Assembly (NCBI GenBank): GCA_951812855.1
Contig: OX638337.1
Location: forward strand, 180,001-212,000
Reading direction: 5' to 3'
DNA length: 32,000 nucleotides
DNA from: an uncultured Lentisphaeria bacterium
Lineage (GTDB): Bacteria > Verrucomicrobiota > Lentisphaeria > JABSQK01 > JAJFLO01
Part shown: positions 25,616 through 32,000 of the stretch, one piece after another
Layout: every line of letters begins with the position of its first letter
Numbering within the stretch: the first letter of the stretch is position 1
Made by a program: the position numbers and the translations under genes
Notes under the pieces: model-generated
Database searches by the model: none
Seen by the model: the letters and a program-made list of their open reading frames with translations, nothing else
Told to the model about the DNA's origin: nothing

Positions 25616-26491
25616 TCATTCAATGTTTTGTACTTGTTCTCGAATTCGCTCTAATTCTGTTTTAAAGTCAATCACTTTCTTAGATGTTTCGATATGGTTA
25701 CATTTAGAACCGAGAGTGTTGATTTCCCTGAAACATTCTTGAATAAGAAAATCTAATTTTCGCCCTGCAGGCACATGCAGGGAAAATTGAGTTTCCATCG
25801 ATTCCAGATGTACGGACAGTCGCGTGAGTTCCTCAGAGATATCACACCGATCGGTCAAAAAAGCAATTTCTCTTATTAAACGCTCATCATCGATATCGAT
25901 ATCACTTACAATTTTACCAATTCTTTCACGTAACTTCTTTTCAGCCAATTCGTTAACACATGGAATATTTGATTCAACAGCCCTCATACAGTCCAGGAGG
26001 ATTTGATGTCGCTCACGAATGTCCTTATTCAGTCTTTTACCTTCTTCTAATTTTGTATGGATTAGATTTTCTACAGCTTCCCCTACAGATTGCAGCACCC
26101 CTGCTTCCAATTCATCATTTGGCAATTTTTTAGTCGAAATAATGTTGATATTGGGAATTTGAAACAAATCACCCAATGTCATTTTCTTATCCAAATTTAA
26201 TTTTGCTGAAATATCACTTAATACTGTGTATAACCGGGCAACAAGATTGTCATCGACACACAATAGATCTGAATAATTATCTGACGGTTGTATATCAATC
26301 CGAACCTGTAAAACTCCCCGTGAAATTTTACTTGAAATTTGATTTCGAATTTCGATTTCAAGATAAAGAATATCCGTTGGAAGCTTAATACGAATATCCG
26401 TTTGTTTGCGGTTAACTGATGTGATTTGAGTTGTGATAGTCGCACCGCTGATTGAATAACTGCCACTTCCAAATCCCGTCATACTCCGCAT
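25616..26491 (-). CDS. yicC: YicC/YloC family endoribonuclease (UPF0701)
   Basis: N-terminal MRSMTGFG. C-terminal DFLIQECFREINTLGSK and ELERIREQVQNIE signatures. The 291-aa length is typical. Confidence 0.9.
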   Translation of the reverse strand: MRSMTGFGSGSYSISGATITTQITSVNRKQTDIRIKLPTDILYLEIEIRNQISSKISRGVLQVRIDIQPSDNYSDLLCVDDNLVARLYTVLSDISAKLNLDKKMTLGDLFQIPNINIISTKKLPNDELEAGVLQSVGEAVENLIHTKLEEGKRLNKDIRERHQILLDCMRAVESNIPCVNELAEKKLRERIGKIVSDIDIDDERLIREIAFLTDRCDISEELTRLSVHLESMETQFSLHVPAGRKLDFLIQECFREINTLGSKCNHIETSKKVIDFKTELERIREQVQNIE

Positions 26492-26580
26492 AAATTCTTT
26501 CCTTTTATTTTTTCAGCAGCTCACATGATACAATAGCCTGTGACGCTGCAGATATAAGAAATAAACCCTGCTAAACCAAT

Positions 26581-28263
26581 CTATTTTGATCGATTAATCA
26601 GGGCATTTAATCCAGCAAGAACTGATGCAACTGCAGCCTGGTCGATGTTATTACCAAGGCCAACCCCAATGTGCTCTGTCCTGGAACTAACGATTTGTAC
26701 ACGGACAAAACATATTGCCTCTGCATCAGCAGATATCCCCATTGTTTCCTCAGCATAATCTTCAAGGATAAATTCTGGTAACTCTTCGATTTCCCGCAGG
26801 GCATGTACAAACGCCGATATTGGCCCATTACCTTCACTCTTCAGAATTTTCTTATTTCCTTGATAGCTTACATGCAGTTCACCTTGTATGATCTTTGGAT
26901 CCTCCTCCGCGGGTCGGGGCCAGTAATTGATCAAGGAGACCGGGCTGTCACAATTCATATAGGTTTCCTCAAAAATTTGAAAAATCTCTTCACTCGCCAG
27001 CTCCTTAGATGTCTCATCCGCATACTTCTGAACATGTTTAGCAAAATCAATTTGAACCCAACGCGGCATTTTAATGCGATAGTCGGTTTCCATGACATGA
27101 GCAATTCCGCCTTTGCCCGATTGACTGTTTATGCGGATAAATCGTTCATAAACCCGGCCGACAGTCCCCGGGTCAACATGAAGATAAGGGACTTTCCAAC
27201 CTCCAAAATGACTGATTAATTCGTCTTTCTTGCTCAACCCTTTGTGTATTGCGTCCTGGTGAGAACCAGAAAATGCTGTAAAAACTAATTCTCCAGCATA
27301 GGGGTGTCGAGGCTGAATTGCTATTTCTGTGATATCTTCTACGGTTTTAGCGATTTCATTTAACTTTGAGAAATCCAATCCGGTATCTATACCCAAATAT
27401 TCCAGGTTCATTGCAACCGTCGTCAAATCAACATTGCCGGTTCGCTCACCATGTCCAAATAGAGTACCTTCCACTCTCGCAGCTCCAGCAAGTAATGTTT
27501 GCATTGCAGCAGCGACGGCACATCCCATATCATTGTGATTATGAACAGAGACAATCGTTTTATCCGGATAACTCTGACGTTTAATAAATTCTTCAATCAT
27601 ATCAGCATATTGATTTGGCAGCCTCCGTTCAACCGTTTGCGGCAAGTTTAAAATGACTCGTTCTGCACCTTGAGGGTTCCATTCAGAAACCACCGCATTA
27701 CACAGATCAATGGTAAAATCCAAATTTGAATCCGTAAATTCTTCAGGAGAAAACTCAAGCCCAATATCACTGGCGGCCATTTTATTGACCCCGTCTCTAA
27801 TCCGACGCGTCGCTGCAATTGAGGTACGAATTACTTCCTCATTCGATAAATTAAACACAAATTTTGAGTGTAACTTGCTTGTAGCAATATAAAAATGAAT
27901 AACAGCCCTGGAAACACCCTCAAGAACCTCTAACGTTTTATCAATCAGGTGCTCTCTTGCTTGAGTCAATACGGAAATGGTGACATCGTCAGGTATAAGA
28001 TTATTTTCAATTAAATTTCTGCAAAAATTAAAATCATCCGCTGAAGCTGATGGAAAACCAACCTCAATTTCTTTAAGCCCAATGTCAACTAACAAATTAA
28101 AATACTCTAATTTCTGTTCAGGTGTCATGGGGTTAGGCAGTGCCTGGTTACCATCCCGAAGATCTACTGCACACCAAACTGGTGAACTTTCAATCGAAGC
28201 ATCCGGCCACTTCCTGTTTGAAATTGAAATATCCGGCATTTTTGCATATTTTACTGACTTCAT
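26581..28263 (-). CDS. leuA: 2-isopropylmalate synthase (long LeuA form)
   Basis: PVWCAVDLRDGNQAL, EVGFPSAS and HNHNDMGCAVA motifs, plus the C-terminal regulatory domain. ATG at 28263 lies 7 nt after AGGAAA. The ORF track starts one codon earlier, at a GTG at 28266. Confidence 0.95.
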   Translation of the reverse strand: MKSVKYAKMPDISISNRKWPDASIESSPVWCAVDLRDGNQALPNPMTPEQKLEYFNLLVDIGLKEIEVGFPSASADDFNFCRNLIENNLIPDDVTISVLTQAREHLIDKTLEVLEGVSRAVIHFYIATSKLHSKFVFNLSNEEVIRTSIAATRRIRDGVNKMAASDIGLEFSPEEFTDSNLDFTIDLCNAVVSEWNPQGAERVILNLPQTVERRLPNQYADMIEEFIKRQSYPDKTIVSVHNHNDMGCAVAAAMQTLLAGAARVEGTLFGHGERTGNVDLTTVAMNLEYLGIDTGLDFSKLNEIAKTVEDITEIAIQPRHPYAGELVFTAFSGSHQDAIHKGLSKKDELISHFGGWKVPYLHVDPGTVGRVYERFIRINSQSGKGGIAHVMETDYRIKMPRWVQIDFAKHVQKYADETSKELASEEIFQIFEETYMNCDSPVSLINYWPRPAEEDPKIIQGELHVSYQGNKKILKSEGNGPISAFVHALREIEELPEFILEDYAEETMGISADAEAICFVRVQIVSSRTEHIGVGLGNNIDQAAVASVLAGLNALINRSK

Positions 28264-28541
28264 CACATTTTCCTATAAATTATAATCTCTTGAATTTCAA
28301 CGGTAAACAATTACAAGAACGGTTATGCAGCAGGATTTCAATTTGATAATTAAATTATTGTTTTGACTTGAATCTAATAGACTAATTTCCAATATTGTAT
28401 CCCATTACTTTTTACTTTGATTCGTTTATCTTATCCCAACTTGCATTACTCAATACAAAAATTCAGATCAAAAATGAAGTGTTTAATTTGGTTTGGCGGG
28501 TAAGGATATACCTCTAAATTTTTCAGGTTTCTATAACCATT

Positions 28542-29288
28542 GTGAAACAATTCAAGAAAACACATCCTGGCTGTTGCTATTCTTTAATGACATTTACAAT
28601 CATTGAACTTCTGGTTGTGATTGCGATTATATTGTTATTGATCACAATACTCTTACCTGCTTTATTTTCTGCCAAGTCAAAAGCCCAGGGAATTTTTTGC
28701 CTGAATAATTTAAAACAAATTGGTATAGCATCATATCTATATGCCGGCGAGTATGAAGGGTATGCAATGCCCGGAAAATTTGGAAATACAACTGATGATG
28801 GAAATTATAATCACTGGATCAACTATATGTACGATCAACTGTTACCTCAAAAATCAGTCTTCCGATGTCCAACTTTAGGTGATGAAGATAACTTCAATCC
28901 TGCCGGGGGAAATAATTCTATACAAGAAGCAAGTTATATAAAAAATATGATTGAAGCAGGTCGCTGGACCGGTGCTTCAATCAGCACTCCCAATGCAACC
29001 TCATGGGGCCTTAATTCAACCACTGAGTACTTTAAGCTTCAGGACATGAGAAATCCCGCTGACACCATAGATACCGTTGATGTCGCAGAAGGAGGCATTC
29101 ACTTCAACCACTCCGGTATATTAAAATTTCAGGAAACTGACTATGGGTTAATTAGCGAAGTCCCTGCCTCCGGGTACCGCAGAGTAGGATATCACCATGA
29201 GTTGGGATTTAATGTTTTAATGGGAGACGCTCATACCGAATATATGAAGTTCAGTAATCCAAATCAATGGGTAGTCATTGTAAAATAA
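28542..29288 (+). CDS. Prepilin-type N-terminal cleavage/methylation domain protein of the H-X9-DG (DUF1559-like) family
   Basis: [25 protein letters not shown]-terminal helix. C-terminal [13 protein letters not shown], i.e. H-X9-DA, a variant of H-X9-DG. The start is ambiguous: GTG at 28542, or ATG at 28587 which would give MTFTIIE. Confidence 0.85.
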   Translation: MKQFKKTHPGCCYSLMTFTIIELLVVIAIILLLITILLPALFSAKSKAQGIFCLNNLKQIGIASYLYAGEYEGYAMPGKFGNTTDDGNYNHWINYMYDQLLPQKSVFRCPTLGDEDNFNPAGGNNSIQEASYIKNMIEAGRWTGASISTPNATSWGLNSTTEYFKLQDMRNPADTIDTVDVAEGGIHFNHSGILKFQETDYGLISEVPASGYRRVGYHHELGFNVLMGDAHTEYMKFSNPNQWVVIVK

Positions 29289-29342
29289 TATAGTGATTAT
29301 TCTATCTTGATTATTCTGTCAAATAATAACTAAGCTATATCT

Positions 29343-30302
29343 TTAGGCACGTGGGTGAGCCTTTTTGTATACAGATAATAAACGCTCTGGACTAATGTGA
29401 GTATAAATTTGAGTTGTGGAAAGATTAGCATGCCCCAACATTTCCTGAACACTGCGTAAATCTGCACCTGCATCAAGCAAATGAGTTGCAAAAGAATGCC
29501 GCAATGCATGAGGTGTAAGGTCAAATGCCAGACCCGCTTCACGCAGGTACAGCTTAAAAAATCGCTGGACAGACCGTGACGTTATTTGATTTCCGAATTT
29601 GTTCACGAACAGTGGTCCGCTGTTTTGCTTACCCCTCAGGTTCATGTTTTGGCGTTCATTCAGATACTCTTTTAATGCTGTAATTGCAGGACGCCCTAAC
29701 ATGCACAATCGTTCTTTTTTTCCCTTGCCCCGAACGACAAATGATCTTGAAAAAAAATCAATATCACGGTTCGCCAATCCAACGGCCTCACTGATCCGTA
29801 ATCCGGCACTATATATCACCTCCAACAACGCTTTATCACGCGTCATTGCAAATTTAAAATAATTCGTATTCTTTGATTTAGGATTTTCTGTCCTGTTCCA
29901 ATACTGTTCAGGTGCTGATAATAATTTATCAATTTCCTGTAAAGAAAACACGTGGGGTAAACTTCGCGGTCTTCGAGGCGTATTTAATCCTGAAAATGGA
30001 TTGACTGACAACATGTCTTCCCGAACAAGGTATCGACAAAAGGATCGGAGACTGGAAATTTTTCGAAGTATTGAATTTCGAGCCAGTTCTTTATGAGTTA
30101 ATTTCAGTAAAAATTTTCTTGCTGTGCGGATTGTAAAAACGGTATCGTCAATTACCACACACGACTCCGGGATTGCATAGTCTCTAAATTGGGAAATATC
30201 TCTTCGATAATTTTCTATTGTATGCGGTGAGGAATCCCGCTCAGTTTTTAAGTAACGAAGAAATTGATCTACAGACTCATCAAAATTTGTTTTTGAATGC
30301 AT
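29343..30302 (-). CDS. xerC: Tyrosine site-specific recombinase, XerC/XerD family
   Basis: N-terminal SAM-like domain (FLRYLKTERDSSPHTIENYRRDI). Catalytic residues lie in GLRISEAVGL, HALRHSFATHLL and LGHANLSTTQIYTH. XerC and XerD cannot be told apart by eye. Confidence 0.88.
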   Translation of the reverse strand: MHSKTNFDESVDQFLRYLKTERDSSPHTIENYRRDISQFRDYAIPESCVVIDDTVFTIRTARKFLLKLTHKELARNSILRKISSLRSFCRYLVREDMLSVNPFSGLNTPRRPRSLPHVFSLQEIDKLLSAPEQYWNRTENPKSKNTNYFKFAMTRDKALLEVIYSAGLRISEAVGLANRDIDFFSRSFVVRGKGKKERLCMLGRPAITALKEYLNERQNMNLRGKQNSGPLFVNKFGNQITSRSVQRFFKLYLREAGLAFDLTPHALRHSFATHLLDAGADLRSVQEMLGHANLSTTQIYTHISPERLLSVYKKAHPRA

Positions 30303-30776
30303 GCAATGTTTAACTTAGAAATTATGTCAATTATTACGATCCTGAGTTGACTGATTTATCATTGAATAATAGCTCCCCAAAGCTCTTTTACTAAGTTAAC
30401 CAAGTTTTGAAACAACATATTGCTGAGAGACATATTTTTTTATAACCTGATTTCAAATAATGAACTTTGTAACTGAAGCATTTATCTCCCTTTATCGGGG
30501 GGTGTAACTTTCGAGGAATCACTGCTCAGATTGGCAAGTGCCATCTTAATCGAAATCAGTGACTAACGGGACGGTGGAAAACGGTATCTGAAAATAGATG
30601 ATTAATGACCTGCGATTATCAAATTACAGAAAAAAATTGCATCACCTTAAAATCCCTGATATCAATCAAGGATTTCTTCACTATTGTAAATATTTCAACA
30701 GGACCTTTTCCAAGCCATATTTTTGTATTATTACAAGAAAATTCTGTTGAAAAATGAACCCGGTACAAATCAAAAT

Positions 30777-31160
30777 TTAGTGCTCGTCATCCTGACCTGG
30801 TTTTTGACGCATTTTCTTTTTTCCTGATTGGATTTTCTTCTTATCAAGCTGCCGTTGTTTAACGGCCCTGGATTTTTTCGTTGGAATTCTCTTCGCCGGT
30901 GTATAATTTCTTTTTTCAGCTTCTTCACGAAGCTTTTTTAGACAAACAGTCTTGTTTCGATGTTGACTCCTGGATTCCTGACTTGTTACAATGATACCAC
31001 TTTGATGCTTCAAACGCACTGCACTGTTTACAGTATTGACATGCTGCCCTCCCGGAGCAGATGACCGAAATGTCTCAATAATGCATTGATTGAGTAAATC
31101 TCGATCAGACGATGGCAGCAGGATTTTTTGACGTGATCTGTTTTGATTATCAGGATTCAT
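30777..31160 (-). CDS. arfB: Alternative ribosome-rescue factor ArfB (peptidyl-tRNA hydrolase, class I RF-like GGQ domain)
   Basis: GGQ motif in [16 protein letters not shown], then [11 protein letters not shown], then a Lys/Arg-rich C-terminal tail. 127 aa. Confidence 0.9.
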   Translation of the reverse strand: MNPDNQNRSRQKILLPSSDRDLLNQCIIETFRSSAPGGQHVNTVNSAVRLKHQSGIIVTSQESRSQHRNKTVCLKKLREEAEKRNYTPAKRIPTKKSRAVKQRQLDKKKIQSGKKKMRQKPGQDDEH

Positions 31161-31250
31161 AAGAATTTCCTTGACATTGATCTATTTAACCGGATATTGT
31201 CTGATCTGTATCGTGATAACTTATTCTAATTAAAAAACTAAGGTATCTCA

Positions 31251-32000
31251 ATGTATAATTCGATCTCAACTGCCTATCTTCAAAAAACTGAAGTCTTTTG
31301 TTTCAGAACACTTATACTTCTTGGACTTCTATTTCATAGTTTCATCATTTCAGCGAAAGAAGGAACATCGCACTCAAAATTAAATTTTGACAATGTAGAA
31401 ATTAAGTCAACTCATCTTAATAATAATATCTATATGTTAACCGGAAGAGGTGGCAATATCGGCTTATGTGTCGGTGATGACGGCGTGTTTATGATCGATG
31501 ATGAGTTTGCTCCTCTATCGAATAAAGTTATAAAGGCAGTTCAATCTATAAGTAAAAAACCAATTCGTTTTTTGATTAATACACATTGGCATGACGATCA
31601 TACCGGAGGAAATGAAAATTTCAGTCATTTAGATACATTAATTATTGCCCATGACAATGTTAGAAAACGGTTAAAAAAAGGACAATTCCTCAAAGTATTC
31701 AAGAAAACGATTCCCCCCTATCCTCAAGACGCATTGCCGGTGGTCACTTTTGATCAGAATATTACCTTTCATTTTAATAACGAGGAAATAAAGGTATTTC
31801 ATTTCCCTGATGCACATACCGACGGTGACAGCCTGGTTTTATTTAAAAAGGCAAATGTATTGCATACCGGTGACATCTTTTTTAACGGCATTTATCCGTT
31901 TATCGATAAGTCAAGCAACGGATCTGTCAGTGGCATTATTGCAGCAATTGATCACATCAAAACGATTATAAATGAATCAACTAAAATTATTCCGGGGCAC
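31251..32000 (+). CDS. MBL-fold metallo-hydrolase, secreted or periplasmic (partial; runs off the 3' window edge)
   Basis: Not in the ORF track because it is open-ended. ATG at 31251 with no stop up to 32000 (250 codons, translated by hand). Signal-like FRTLILLGLLFHSFIISA. H-x-H-x-D-H motif in INTHWHDDHTGGN. Later motifs are FPDAHTDGD and the terminal IIPGH. Confidence 0.85.
   Translation, partial: MYNSISTAYLQKTEVFCFRTLILLGLLFHSFIISAKEGTSHSKLNFDNVEIKSTHLNNNIYMLTGRGGNIGLCVGDDGVFMIDDEFAPLSNKVIKAVQSISKKPIRFLINTHWHDDHTGGNENFSHLDTLIIAHDNVRKRLKKGQFLKVFKKTIPPYPQDALPVVTFDQNITFHFNNEEIKVFHFPDAHTDGDSLVLFKKANVLHTGDIFFNGIYPFIDKSSNGSVSGIIAAIDHIKTIINESTKIIPGH

Noticed and set aside
26514-26551. Imperfect hairpin (GCAGCTCACA / TGTGA-C-GCTGC, 13-nt loop) between leuA and yicC
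   Set aside because: No U-tract follows it on either strand, so it is not a canonical terminator. The two genes are probably co-transcribed. Its function is undeterminable from sequence.
29343-30302. Tyrosine recombinase as the integrase of a mobile element or genomic island
   Set aside because: The motifs and the ~320-aa length fit housekeeping XerC/XerD. No flanking direct or inverted repeats, tRNA target or cargo genes were seen. The neighbours are core genes (arfB, leuA).

Overview
AT-rich bacterial chromosomal window holding about 24 intact protein genes, 3 gene relics and 2 tRNAs. No CRISPR array, IS element, transposase or prophage block was recognised. Prepilin-type FT[MI]IE[VL]LVV N-termini, one paired with a C-terminal H-X9-D[GA] motif, suggest a PVC-superphylum organism (Lentisphaerota/Verrucomicrobiota-like); this is inference only. 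Left to right: (1) a surface-protein cluster on the minus strand, made of a 1830-aa mosaic adhesin, a 335-aa secreted partner and a 94-aa fragment; (2) glmS with a strong bidirectional terminator; (3) a tightly coupled cysK / siroheme sulfite reductase / GltD-DsrL-like Fe-S flavoprotein operon; (4) a GspG-like pseudopilin, rpe and a decayed adhesin-repeat pseudogene; (5) trpD abutting tRNA-Phe(GAA), then tRNA-Arg(ACG), each tRNA preceded by the same conserved promoter-like block; (6) clpS followed by a solitary DNA methyltransferase fused to a T5orf172/GIY-YIG-like domain; (7) a long minus-strand run of leuA, yicC, an RluA-family relic lacking its catalytic core, a prepilin peptidase with a ~100-aa insertion, a coiled-coil membrane protein, an untracked 54-aa lipoprotein, a lipoate-ligase-family gene and a TPR-LysM lipoprotein; (8) an H-X9-D[GA] prepilin-type protein, xerC-like recombinase, arfB and a partial MBL-fold hydrolase. 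The candidates most worth follow-up are the non-CysJ (DsrL-like) reductase coupled to an assimilatory sulfite reductase, the MTase-T5orf172 fusion, and the atypical prepilin peptidase with its non-Gly(-1) substrates. All coordinates of sub-ORF features were counted by hand. All homology calls come from motif recognition, not database searches.
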